Source of the DNA: Somniosus microcephalus | Lineage: Eukaryota | Length of the DNA stretch: 64,000 nt | Direction: 5' to 3' | Assembly: GCA_052327205.1 (NCBI GenBank) | Contig: CM126207.1 | Location: forward strand, 207,948,001-208,012,000 | In this document: one piece after another, positions 11,751 through 24,474 of the stretch | How the letters are laid out: each line of letters opens with the position of its first letter | Numbering within the stretch: the stretch's first letter is position 1 | Position numbers and translations under genes: made by a program | Notes under the pieces: generated by a model | Database searches by the model: none | What the model was told of the DNA's origin: nothing | What the model saw: only the letters and a program-made list of their open reading frames with translations

Positions 11751-12315
11751 GTATATAAATTAATTAACTATTCAAGAATACATAGAGTTAACTCCTGGCA
11801 TGGATTATTAGTAGAAGAAATCATACTGCCTCTTTAATGCTCCACTCTTCAAGGCACAGAATGATGATTTTAAAGGCATAGGCATCACTTAAGTGGTCTT
11901 CATTCATATGTGATCCTTGGCAGTGAGTGTTAGCAAGCTGTTTAACTGTGTGAAGCACCACAGGCAAGCCTGATCCTGCTTTCACCTCCCACCTACACGT
12001 ACACACTTCCAATAAGGGTCACTCTATAGGGATAAGGAAAAAAAACCCAGGGTAATTCTTTTACTTCCCTCAACTCGAAGCACTGAGGAGAATCATAGCC
12101 CTCTTAAAACCACCCTGGATGAGTACAGACTGAGGATCATGACTCCTTCTTGTTCTGGGCAGCTCATGAGGTGTTCCACTGTCAAATTGAGCCATTGAGG
12201 GTGCTTCAGACCAATTTCAATCAGAATTTTAAATGTCATTCTGCAGGAAGATTATACATGTGTGTACAGTAGGCTGTCAGAACATATTGCTTTAAATAAT
12301 TCCTGTTTTCTTCAG

Positions 12316-12458
12316 TAATGACAGCTTCGGTTTAAGTTTGCCAGCAGAAGATACCACAGAGCAGAATTTGCCCATAGACTATAACGTTCGGAAACGGAAG
12401 AAAATCAGTGTTTTAGAGTTTGAAAAAGCAACACAACAGAGACTCCAACGTGCAGCAG
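12316..12458 (+). CDS. CENPT: CENP-T coding exon 5 (…GLSLP…RKRKKISVLEFEKA…)
   Basis: Resembles human LELQLP…RRKQRLRLSVFQQG; phase 2->1. Confidence 0.88.
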
Positions 12459-12809
12459 GTATATGCGGACTTATCCCGATGTGATCAAATATTTGAGAAA
12501 TTGTTCGGACAAGGATTTTTTCTCTCGTGTCTGTTAAGATTCCGAGACACTGTTACTGATCTTCCAGTTTACAGTATACTCCTATTTCATAACTAACCAA
12601 AAAGCCGATGTAGGCTAAATGGTATTGTTCCCATAACTTGAATTATCAAATTTCTTTTGCCTTGAAAGCCTATGCCATTTCTCTAACATTTTAGCTAATG
12701 TAGACTGAAGTAGTTTTTGTTAAAGGTGAACTTTCTGGCTAGATGGACAACAAGTGCTATTTCCAAACTTCAATTACTCTGTCCCCTTAAAAAACAAACA
12801 AATGCAGAG

Positions 12810-12896
12810 CAACGTTTCCTTCAAGGGATCCTGCGCAGCTGGCTTTTCAATGTAAGAAGGGGCTGCACGGTGCCAAAAAAATTAGAGTGAACTTTG
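12810..12896. mobile_element. Short copy of the hAT-type MITE family
   Basis: CAACGTTTCCT ... TTAGAGTGAACTTTG ends resemble the copies at 17730 and 18239. Confidence 0.5.
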
Positions 12897-13854
12897 CTTG
12901 GCTAATCTACAACAATGAACATTGGTCTTTTTTCATCCAGCAATCCCTATGTCCATTTAGTTCGCCTTCTACCACCCTGGTGGTCACATGATGCAATGTT
13001 AATGGAGTTATTGACTAATAGCAATCAATCTCTATTAATTAGTCTACAACAGACCCAGACATGAGGTGAGGAAAACCCCAGTGGTGGAAAGCCTAGGGAA
13101 CCACCGGTCCAAAGTCACCAGTTCTGCCATTCCCCCCGCCTCCCCAGCATGCTACGTTTACCATATGCAATAATATATCAAATTACTCACACTATCTCAA
13201 AATATTATATTCTGAAATTTGAATAAATCAACACTATGTGCTTCCACCACCTCCCTTGGAAGCCTGTTCCATAGATTTACCACTCGCTCACTGAAATAAT
13301 GTTTCTGCAGGGTTGTTTTGAATTTGCCCCCTTCAAGCGCAGGTTGGGTTCTTTGGTTCTACTATTCTGGACAAGGTGAAATAGTCTGTTATCTAGTCCC
13401 TTTTTAGAATCTTAAAAACAACATCTTTCAACCTCTTTTCCAGTGAGAATATGCCTGTAATGGCTGATCATAATCAAATCCCTCCATCCCCGCAATCATT
13501 CTGGTTGCCCTCTTCTGTATCCTCTCAATAGCTGCAATATCCTTTTTGTACTGTGGCAACCAGAGCTGTACACTGTATTGTAAGTGCAGCAACAGTGCAG
13601 GATCATCTCCCTATTTTGGCTCAGTGTTGACCTTTTTAATACATCCCACACCTGATTTGCTTTACTCGCTGCTCAGTATTGTGATAGTCAGTCAGTCATT
13701 TTCCACGCACCTTAGTTTCTTTCCATTTAATTGATGACACTTCAGTGCTAAGTGGACCAGGTTTTTAAAGGTCATTCATTTCCCTCTTTGCATGTTGCTG
13801 TTAGTTAAAGATAGAGATTGATTTTTTCCTCGTTATGCAATTTTGTGATATTTA

Positions 13855-15560
13855 AAAGGCCAGTCAGTTTAACATCAGCGCTGGGTAAAGTTTTCGAAAC
13901 AATAATCAAGGAAAAACTTAACAGGCACTTGGAGAGGTTTAAGCTAATTAAGGAGAGCCAACACGGATTTGTAAAAGGCAAATCGTGTTTGACTAATCTA
14001 ATTGAATTTTTTGATGAAGTAACAGGAAGGATTGATGAAGGGAATGCAATGGATGTTTTCTACATGAATTTTAGGAAGGCGTTTGACAAAGTACCACATA
14101 GAAGGCTGGTTAACAAAATTGAGGCTCAAGGAATAGGTGGGTCAGTGGCAGCTTGGATAAGGAATTGGCTTAAGGACAGAAAACAGCGAGTTGTGGTAAA
14201 TGGCTGTTTTTCAGACTGGAGGATGGTAGACAGTGGTGTTCCCCAAGGGTCAGTGCTGGGGCCACTGCTTTTTTTTGATATATATAAATGACCTGGATAT
14301 TGGAATACAGGGTAGAATCTCTAAATTTGCCGATGACACCAAACTTGGGGATGTGGCAAACAGTGAGGATGGTACCAATCGATTGCAACAGGACATAGAA
14401 AGGCTAGCAGACTGGGCAGACAAGTGGCAGATGGAATTTAATACAGGAAACTTTTGATTTACCGGCACCTAAATAACCGGAAATCTCGGTTAACTGGATT
14501 CAGGAGTAGGTTTTACTTCATATTGTATTTGCCGCCTTCCATCTGTGCTGTGCAAGGGTGTGGCTGCAGCTGTTGCTAAGCTACAGAGACGCTTGAAACT
14601 TGTGGCCATTGTTCTACAGTTGTTGCTAAGCAATAGGGTTTGTTGCTTTATACGGAGCTGTCCGCTTTCCCTGTCTTTTACTATAGCATTCAGTTATCCG
14701 GAATTTTTGATAAACCGGCACCATGTCGGTCCCGTCCGTGCCTGATTTTAAAAAAAAGTTTCCTGTACAGAGAAGTGTGAGGTGATGCATTTTGGCAGAA
14801 GGAACAGGGAGAGGCAATATACACTTAATGGCACAGTTTTAAAGAGTGTGCCCGGACAGAGGGACCTGGGAGTTAATGTGCATAGGTCCCTGAAGGTGGC
14901 AGGACATATTGAGAGAGTGGTTAACAAAGCATATGGGGTCTTGGGCTCCATAAATAGAGGTATTGAGTACAAAAGTAGAGAAGTTATGCTGAACCTTTAT
15001 AAAGCACTGGTTAGGCCACAACTGGAGTATTGAGTCCAGTTCTGGTCACCACACTTTAGGAAGGATGTGAAGGCCCTTGAGAGGGCGCAGAGGAGATTTA
15101 CCAGAATGGTTCCAGGGATGGGGGATCTTGGCTACAAGGATAGGTTGGAAAAGCTGAATTTGTTTTCATTAGAGCAAAGGAGGTTGAGGGATGATTTGAT
15201 AGAGGTGTACAAGATAATGACAGGTTTGGATAGGCTAGATGGGGAAAGGCTGTTCCCACTAGGTGATGGTGCAAGGACTAGGGGACACAGATTTACAGTT
15301 TTGGGCAAGAGATACAGGGGGATGTGAGGAAAATCTTTTTTACACAGTGAGTGGTGAGAACCTTGAATTCGCTGTCGACGGAAGTGGTGGAAGCGGAAAC
15401 ACTCGATGTTTTCAAGGGGAGACTGGATAGGCACTTCAGGGAAATAAACTTGCAAGGCTACGGGGATAGAGCGGGGGAATGGGACTGACTGGATTGCTCT
15501 ACAGAGAGCCGGCACGGACTCGATGGGCCGAATGGCCTCCTTCTGTGCCGTTATGACTCA
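13855..15560 (+). mobile_element. 5'-truncated CR1 LINE (RT through 3' end) interrupted by a MITE
   Basis: RPVSLTS, QHGF, AFDKVPH, GVPQGSVLGP, KFADDTKL, LVRPQLEY; frameshifts and stops; CR1 tail GGGCCGAATGGCCTCC. Confidence 0.95.
14444..14765. mobile_element. Tc1/mariner (pogo/Tigger-like) MITE nested in CR1
   Basis: TIR CAGGAAACTTT...AAAGTTTCCTG flanked by TA/TA; removing it restores CR1 FNTEKCEV. Confidence 0.9.
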
Positions 15561-15739
15561 CCTTTCTGCACCTTTAGTAGTTAAAGTAACATCCTTCATG
15601 TTAGTAATGTGTCACATTCTTTACTGGGGGAGATGGCTGGTGGCATCAGCCTTTAAAATTCTCATCCTCTTGTTCAAATCCCTCCAAGGCCTCACCCCTC
15701 CCTATCTCTGACCTCCTCCAGCTCTGCAACCCTCTTAAT

Positions 15740-16056
15740 AAAGATAAACTGTTTTCAATGTCAGAAGGGTTGGTAACCAGAGGGCACAGATTTAAGGTAA
15801 TTGGCAAAAGGACCAGAGGTGAGATGAGGGGAAAAAAATACGCAGCGAGTTATGATCTGGAATGCACTGCCTGAAAAGGTGGTGGAAGCAGATTCAATAG
15901 TAACTTTCAAAAGGGAACTGGATAAACACTTGAATCGGAAAAAAATTGCAGGGCTATGGGGAACGAGCAGGGGGGTAGGACTAGTTGGATAGCTTTTTCA
16001 AAGAGCCGGCACAGGCACGATGGGGTGAATGGCCTCCTGTGCTGTATCATTCTATG
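15740..16056 (+). mobile_element. CR1 3' end fragment
   Basis: TRGHRFKV-like coding remnant and CR1 tail. Confidence 0.8.
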
Positions 16057-16847
16057 GAAGACCAAATTGGTAATTTGGGTTCTGAAGTCATAGTGGTGAA
16101 GGGGAAGTGCAGCAGTTTAACTGAGAAATGTAGCAAAGTTAATCTGATGGATACCAATGCCAGTCATCTAGGAAGAATAGTTAAAAATGTTGATTTTAGT
16201 GGAAAGTTAATCCCTTTCTATATCTGTTTAAGCAACTGATTTTCGCAATCTTTTAAATCAACAATCCTCAACTTCCACAACAGCTAAGATTAGATCAGTA
16301 TAAGCATGTTTCAACAATGTAACAAGGGTGATGAATGTAGAAATAGTATCTAAGAATGTATTTCAGTGATGTGAATAGAGCTTCCCCAATGCCTCAGCAG
16401 GTTTCTCCAGTGAGTAACTGAGCCACACAGGCTACGAAGATACCAGCTTCCAACCCTGTTGCTGAATTACCTGATATTAACCAACATAGCAGTGGCCCTG
16501 GACTAGGGAGGAGAAAAATAGGCCAGTTTTCCCACTCGTGATCATTATCTGGTGGAAGTGCGTTTGCGTGGATGTATAGTGAGGACATGTTCAGAATTAG
16601 CTATGCTGACCCCTTCTCGCAGTTGAATAGCTCTGATTCCCCTCCTTTGGTGATTTGAATAGCCTATGTATATTCACTTTTGAGGCTCACGTGTAAATAA
16701 TGGTCACTTGTGTAAGGTCCCAAAGGGAAACTGGCTTGTAACTGTACTTCAGCAAGGCAACACTGCCTTCAGGAGAATGAGAAAAAATTGTGAATGGAAA
16801 TAGTCAAGTCGTGTTTTATGTGCTAAAATGTCTGTTTTGATTCCTAG

Positions 16848-16920
16848 AACCTCAAGAAAGTGAACAAGTGGAACTAAACGAAAAGAGCACAAGACTTCCA
16901 GATGTCTCAACAATAGTTGG
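16848..16920 (+). CDS. CENPT: CENP-T coding exon 6, duplicated-module exon A copy 1 (EPQESEQ…DVSTIVG)
   Basis: 73 nt, phase 1->2, donor GG|GTAATA. Confidence 0.85.
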
Positions 16921-17729
16921 GTAATAACCATGCAATCAGATGAAATGAATACTGATTTTACTTAATAGTACTAGAAGCTATTTTAAGGGATTTTGCTGCA
17001 TTTACCATATAAATGTTGAAAAGTTATCTGCAAAGGAGTCTTGCATTGACTTAGGAATTCCATCATTCTAAGGCTTGTGACTCACATTTTGGGAATGACT
17101 GGGGAAATGAATAGAATATATCAGTTTAAAAAAAAAAAAAAAAAAAAAATCCAATGAACAGGTGGAAAAGGAGTAAAACCTCTTGCATTGGTGTTGCTGT
17201 ACCCACTTTCTGACCCATAATACCATGTTCGTGTAATTACATTTTTCTGCTGGGTGTTGTGGCACCATCCAGTCTTGATGTAGGAGCAAATTCTGGAACT
17301 GAGCCTTAAAATGTGTTGTGTTACAGCGGACCCAATTATTGAATTAACAGTTTTTAACCTAGCTTCCAACATACCTACAGCCCCATTTGGTTTCATTATT
17401 TTAGTTAATTATTGCAGGCTAACTCATGTCAGAAATGTGGCTCATGATTGGATGGTTTCAAAGACTTGGGACTTGAAAGCTAAATTAAATGTAAACTTTG
17501 TATTGTTTTTAATTCTCGGGATGTGGTTTGGCTGGATTTATTGTCCAGCTCTAGTTGTCCTGAGGTGGTGGTTAGGTTTGATACAACTGGGTGCCTTGCT
17601 AGGCCACTTCAGAGGGCAGGTTAGACTGGAATCACATACAAACCAGATCAGGTAAGGATAGCATGTGTCTTTCTCCAAAAGACGATAGTGAACCAGTTGG
17701 GTTTTAACGACAATCCGACAACTTCATGG

Positions 17730-17894
17730 CAACATTCGCTCTAAGCTGCGCGGCCACTCTGCTGTCTGCCGGTCCTGCGCAGCCCGGAACCGGCTTTTCC
17801 AATGTGAAATTTTGCGCATGTGCAAAACTTTGAGTAGGCTGCACAGCCCGTTAAAGGGACCGCGTACCCAAATTTAAAATTAGGAGGAACATTG
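17730..17894. mobile_element. hAT-type MITE with 8-bp TSD
   Basis: Ends CAACATTC...GAACATTG; perfect TSD CTTCATGG (17722-17729 and 17895-17902). Confidence 0.85.
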
Positions 17895-18238
17895 CTTCAT
17901 GGTCACTTTTACTGATACCAGCTTTTTATTTCCAGATTTTTAAAACTGCATTCAAATTCTTAAACTGCCATGGTGGGATTTGAACTGACCGTCTCTGGAT
18001 TATTAGCCCAGCAACATAAGCACTACACTACTGTACCCTGTTTTAGTTTGATAGAATGTGCACTGTGTTGGATAAATGTGCTGAGAATATAATTAGATAA
18101 TGAGTAAATTCTAGAATGATGCTTGGAGCAGCTAGCTCTCGAGTGAAAATTTTCAGTTGTGTTGTTTCACCAGTTGAGTTTACTAGTACACTGAGCAATA
18201 AAATATTTACTGTGGAAGACTGGAATTATAGTTGTAGT

Positions 18239-18391
18239 CAACGTTCCCGCTAAGCCGCGCAGTGGTCTGGACATCCCGCGCAGGCCACTCACCAGTTTTT
18301 AAATGGAAGAAACAGCGCATGCGCGGAAATTTGAATGGGCCGCGCAGCCAGTTAAAGGGACCACACGAAAAAAAAATGACAGGGAGCATTG
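18239..18391. mobile_element. hAT-type MITE, same family
   Basis: CAACGTTCCC...GGGAGCATTG; diverged 8-bp TSD GTTGTAGT/GCTGTAAT; shared GCGCATGCGC…TTAAAGGGACC core. Confidence 0.75.
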
Positions 18392-19440
18392 GCTGTAATC
18401 CCCTTTATACACGCTTGTGAGAAGAGGGAAATGGCTTGAATGGTGTCACAGACACTTATTAAGGAAACTCCCGAAGAATAAATGCTTCTCATTTCTAAAT
18501 TGTGTTTAACCAGTTCAAAAATCAAGATGGTATGTAAAATATTACTATATATACGAACTTCAGAAGCAAAAGTATATGTAAATGTACCAGCAAATTGGCA
18601 AGCATTTATAAATATAGCTGTAGAGGTGGGGGAAGCTAGGACGGATAGGAATTTGTGGCTTTGGGTAAAAGGAATTTGGCTGAAGTAGAGTTCCATACCA
18701 AATGTAGTTGGCTTAAAGTTAATTGTTATTTTAGATTTTGAGTCCATTCTAATCCTTTAGTATAGCAGGACAGCAGAAGCTAGTGGTGTGGGGAATTTGC
18801 TTAACATGGAAGTTTCTGTAAACCCTGAGTGTATGGGATATTCACTGGAGAAAGTGTCTGCAGTTGGACGTATTCAATCTTAAAGTTACTGAATTTGAGA
18901 GAGAGTTAGAGAAACTGCACTATGACAAGAATGGTTCCTGGCATATTACAGGAGGTTGTCACTCCTCAGCTAGAGAAGGATAGTAAAGCAGGGAAGTGGG
19001 TAGCCATCTGCTGGGGGGCGATGGGGAAGGAGGAATTGGGTAGTGCAGGAGATTCTTGGGGGTCTGAAGCTGTCTGATAGGCATATGGTGCTGGCTACCT
19101 ATGACACAGACAAAGACATGACATGAAAGGAAAATCACAAGCAATACTAGCACCATGGAGAAAGTGATTTTGGTTTGGAGGAGGGGAAAAAGTGATAGTG
19201 TTGAGAAAAGGCAGATGTAGTTATTTTACTGCTGGAGGGCCAGGTAGCCTTTACTGCAGCTGCATCAGGAAGACTTGAATGGTGAAATGCTTCCCAGGTG
19301 TCAGGGTGAGGGATGCAAGCAGCTGGAGGAGATTCTGTAAAGGAGTGTGAGCAGCCTAAAGTCGTGGTTTTTATTACGAACAATAACAGACAGGAAAAGA
19401 CCCTCTGGTCCATTCAGCCTATCTCTCACAATTGTGATAC

Positions 19441-19993
19441 TGTGGCAGTACCACTGGTTGTCCCTTACATTGAGACACATAATTCCCTTTAACTTACCTT
19501 TCGGGGCCGTTGCCCTTTTAACTTACCTGTTGGGGCCATTGCCCCTTTAAGGCGCGCCCTAGCGCGCTGACGTCACGTCACGTACAACGTGATGTGCGTG
19601 CGCCGGCATAGCCCGGCCTAGCATCTTCGGCCTCAACGGCCAGCCGACAGGAGCGGCGCAATCTTCCGCTCCCGCGGCAAGCACCGGCACAGCCCGGCCT
19701 CCCGACTTCGGCCTCAACGGCCAACGACGCGCATCACGTGACGCCCTAAGCGCGGGAAACGCGAGCAACGTGATGACGTCACAACACAAACGCGATGATG
19801 TCATCACGCTCCCCACAGGACTGCGAACTCAGTCCTTGTGGAGTCCCCGCTGGGACAAGACCTACACCACGGTGCTCCTACAGTCAGCCATCTTACCTGA
19901 TGTAATTAGCCTGTTCCTGTAAATAAACAACCTATTTATAGTTCGTCGAAGTCAAACTCTCTTATTTAGTGGCGATCTACACGAACCGCTACA
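19441..19993 (+). mobile_element. CpG-rich solo LTR (553 bp)
   Basis: TG...CA ends (TGTGGCAG / CCGCTACA); 4-bp TSD ATAC on both sides; AATAAA at about 19922; internal direct repeats. Confidence 0.85.
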
Positions 19994-20139
19994 ATACCTT
20001 GTATATCACAATATATCCACTCTTCACCCCACCTAAAAACCATGTGATATTGAAATAATTGTATTGGCGAAGAGTAGAATAGAGTTCTTGCGGGGGAGTT
20101 TGAGCAGTTGGGCGTTATATACAAAAGTAGGATCATAAG

Positions 20140-21060
20140 GGTAGTAATCTAGTACCACGGCTTAGGCCAGTTAGCAAGAAGCAGATGAGATGCATCAATA
20201 CATGGCATGGCAAATGGTGTAGAAGGGAGGATTTCAGGTTTCTAGGGAAATGGGATAGGTTCTGTGGAAGGACAAGATCTACCGACTGGATACCTTCTTG
20301 TAAACCAAACGGGTACCAGTCCTCTCCCAGAGAGGATGAATAGGGCAGTGGGGGAGGATTTAAATAAGTAAAATGGGCAGAGAGGTTGGGGTTAGTATAA
20401 GTGAAGTTGAAAAGCAATTTAGAACAATAAGCTTGAGGTTGGATACAAAGAGACATATTAGATATGAACAATGTTGAGAAGGATATTGAAAGAAAGAATA
20501 AGAAAAGAGTATTTCCCTCCTTTTTACTGAGGTGTGTGAAGGGCCAGGGTTGCAGTCCTTGTATGCAAATGTACAGAGTATTAGAAATAAAGTAAACTTA
20601 GCTGGGAGCTAAATATTTCCACCTAATTTTTAGAAGCAGTAAAGATGGAAAAAGGGGAAGAAGGGTGGTCTTTTTAAGAACACAGTTATAGCCTGAAAAA
20701 GGAAGGTTTTAACTGATGATGCTCCGATGGAATTTATTTGAGTTGATTAGGAAATAAAAAAGGGATCTGTTACCACATTGGGAGTGGGGGGAAAATGAGG
20801 ATGAGATTTGTAAGCAATTTAGAGAGGTTTGCAGTGGCAACATAGTTTTAATTATTCTGTGGTTGGGGTGCTTTGTGAACTAAGGTAGATTAGGATAGGA
20901 CAAAAGTTTGTGATAGAAATGGGGATGGATTCTTAGAATGCAGCCAAGATGTTTCCTAGTCAGTATGTTGCATGTCCTGCAAAGCAGGATGCATTACGTC
21001 TGGTCATGGTTAACGAAACAAGACAAGTAAGCGGCCTGAATGTGGGAAGAGAAAATGGCA
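20140..21060 (+). mobile_element. Highly decayed CR1 fragment spanning the ORF1 end and ORF2 start
   Basis: WCRREGFRFLGxWDRF-like remnant and LYANxQSIRNK-like remnant. Confidence 0.6.
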
Positions 21061-21671
21061 TACGAGACTGCAGATCAACAATGGGATATTTTTAAAAAGG
21101 ACATTGCAAAGTTGCAGAGTAAATGTATACTTTTTTTTAAAGAAACCTACTTTAAGTTACAGAATGTCATGGATAAATAAAGATGATAGAAACAAGTTAA
21201 AATTAAAGAGGGCATGTGGGGCCTGCAAGTATAAAATGATTTAAAAAAGAGATGGAAAATAGGAAAAAAGATTGAGAGCGACAAGGAAAGCAAGGAGGCA
21301 GTATGAGGAGAGAATCTCAAAGTATTAAAAACAGTAAAGCCTTGGGGAACAGGAGAGGAACATCCCAGTGTTTTCCTGAAATGACCATAGTTTTGTTTCT
21401 GTGTTTTTGCCAAGGAGATTGCATGGTTAGAGGGCGGGTCAGTGTTGTACATGGTAGCACTGTGACTGGGGTGGTATTAATGGTCCTGATGTCCTTTTCA
21501 TACGTTCTGGCAGCTTTTCTCAGCTGAGTACAGCATACATTGGACAGCGCATTTGGAGAAGTGTATGGCCCAGACTGTAACATATACCTAACTGAAGGTG
21601 GAAACGTGGTAGTAGTATTTCAAACAGAGAACGACTATAAAGTAATCCATATGGTTGTATATTTGTTGCAG

Positions 21672-21799
21672 TTTAATTAATTCTGACTTTGAAGAGTCCA
21701 AAACAAAACCAATTCTTTGCAGAAGACCTGTAAACCGCAGAGTCATAAATGAGGATGACTTTGAAGAGGGAGTGCACAACTTTCTGGAACAAGAGAAAG
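21672..21799 (+). CDS. CENPT: CENP-T coding exon 7, duplicated-module exon B copy 1 (…SKTKPILCRRPVNRRVINEDDFEEGV…)
   Basis: 128 nt, phase 2->1; aligns to human SVQRPGLARRPPARRAVDVGAF. Confidence 0.9.
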
Positions 21800-22305
21800 G
21801 TATAAACTTAAATTTTTCTTGGGCTTTATATAGTTTTTTGACCACTATCACTTTACAGCTGCTTTAAAGCATGAATGGCCTGTAGTGGCTTGCCACCCAG
21901 TTTTGGTTTTACTTCTCCACATTTAAGGGATGAATAGTTGTCAATATCCATTGTACCTTGCAACATGTTAATTGGAAAGGCATACAGTTTAACGTGAGCA
22001 ATGCACAGCTTTCTGTTTTACATGTGTGTAAAATATAGATATGTGAATATAGTCTCTAATTATAAACTATATAACAACAACAAATATTTGGTATTAGTGT
22101 TGGGTTTAAATTTGCTTTAATCACAGATCAAATTTAGAAAATTGGGAAAAGCTGCGCGGGCTATCTTTGGAAATGGCTGGTTTCTACATTGAGTATGGGG
22201 CTGAGAATTGTGTTGCTTCTGCGCACACATTCTGCTTTACTTTGCAGTGCATTTAGTGGTGATCTGTTAGGCCCTTAAATAACATGTTAATTCTTCTCAT
22301 TATAT

Positions 22306-24133
22306 TCTGCAGTCCTGCCACATCCAGTCGTGAGTGGTGGTGGACAATTAAACAGTTAACAGGAGGAGGAGGCTCCAAAAATATCCCCATCCTCAATGAT
22401 GGTGGAGCCCAGCACGTAAGTGCAAAAGACAAGGCTGAAGCATTTGCAACTATATTCAGCCAGAAGTGCCGAGTGGCTGATCCATCTCGGCCTCCTCCTG
22501 AGGTCCCCAGCATCACAGATGCCAGTCTTCAGCCCATTCAATTCACTCCACGTGATGTCAAGAAACGGCTGAAGACACTGGATACTGCAAAGGCTATGGG
22601 CCCTGACAACATTCCGTCAATAGTACTGAAGACTTGTGCTCCAGAACTAGCTGCGCCCCTAGCCAAGCTGTTCCAGTACAGCTACAACACTGGCATCTAC
22701 CCGGCAATGTGGAAAATTGCCCAAGTATGTCCTGTCTACAAAAAGCAGGACAAATCCGACCCGGCCAATTACCGTCCCATCAGTCTACTCTCAATCATCA
22801 GCAAAGTGATGGAAGGTGTCGTCGACAGTGCTATCAAGCGGCACTTACTCAGCAATAACCTGCTAACTGACGCCCAGTTTGGGTTCCGCCAGGGCCATTC
22901 AGCTCCTGACCTCATTACAGCCTTGGTCCAAACTTGGACAAAAGAGCTGAACTCGTGAGGTGAGAGTGACTGCCCTTGACATCAAGGCAGCATTTGATCG
23001 AGTGTGGCATCAAGGAGCCCTAGCAAAACTGAAGTCAATGGGAATCAAGGGGGAAAACTCTCCATTGGTTGGAATCATACCTAGCATAAAGGAAGTTGGC
23101 TGTGGTTGTTGGAGGTCATTCATCTCAATCACATGACATCACTGCAGGAGTTCCTCAGGGCAGTGTCCTAGGCCCAACCATCTTCAGCTGTTTCATCAAT
23201 GACCTTCCCTTCATCATAAGATCAGAAGTGGGGATGTTCGCTGATGATTGCACACTGTTCAGCACCATTCGAGACTCGTCAGATACTGACGCAGTCCGTG
23301 TCCATATGCAGCAAGACCTGGACAACATTCAGACTTAGGCTGACAAGTGGCAAGTAACATTCGCACCACACAAGTGCCAGGCAATGACCATCTCCAACAA
23401 GCGAGACTCTAACCATCTCCCCATGACATTCAATGGCATTACCATTGCTGAATCCCCCACTATCAACATCCTGGGGGTTACCATTGATCAGAAACTGAAC
23501 TGGACCAGCCATATAAATACTGTGGCTACAAGAGCAGGCCAGAGGCTGGGAATTCTGCGGCGAGTGTCTCACCTCCTGACTCCCCAAAGCCTTTCCACCA
23601 TCTACAAGGCACAAGTCAGGAGTGTGATGGAATACTCTCCACTTGCCTGGATGAGTGCAGCTCCAACAACACTCCAGAAGCTCGACACCATTCAGGATAA
23701 AGCAGCTCGCTTGACTGGCACTCCATCCACCACCTTCAACATTCACTCCTGGCGCACTGTGGCTGCAGTGTGTACCATCTGCAAGATGCACTGCAGCAAC
23801 TCGCCAAAGCTCCTTCAACAGCACCTTCCAAACCCGTGACCTCTACCACTTAGAAGGACAAGGGCAGCAGACGCATGGGAACATCACCACCTACAAGTTC
23901 CCCTCCAAGCCACACACCATCCTGACTTGGACCTGTATCGCCGTTCCTTCACTGTCGCTGGGCCAAAATCCTGGAACTCCCTTCCTAACAGCATTGTGGG
24001 TGTACCTACACCATATGGACTGCAGCGGTTCAAGAAGGCGGCTCACCACCATCTTCTCGAGGGCAATTAGGGATGGGCACAAAATGCAGGCCTAGCCAGC
24101 GACGCCCACATCCCATCAATGAATTAAAAAAAA
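22306..24133 (+). mobile_element. 5'-truncated CR1-group (L2/Crack-like) LINE
   Basis: NYRPISLLS, QFGFR, AFDRVWH, GVPQGSVLGP, MFADD, YKAQVRSVMEY; A-rich tail; few disablements. Confidence 0.92.
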
Positions 24134-24474
24134 CATTTGGCTTGACCCAATTAAAATTTTGCATGGCGTACTTGGAAACGTTTTATCAATATATAAGAAC
24201 AGCAGCAGGCTATTAAACTCCTCTAGATTGTTCCGCCATTCAATTAAAGAATGGCTGATCTATATCTTAACTGCAGCTACTTACCTTGGTTCCATAACCT
24301 TTAATACTCTTACTTGACAAAAATATGTTGAAAATGTTTGAGAGCTCACCCAGTGGCTTATTTGGTGACAGTACCACTTGGTGCAGAACTGAGCCTTTCA
24401 ATCAGAAAGATCACAGGGTCAATGTCTGGTCTGTGCCGAGTTAGTTAATTTTAACTGAGGTAAAGGTAAGGGCA

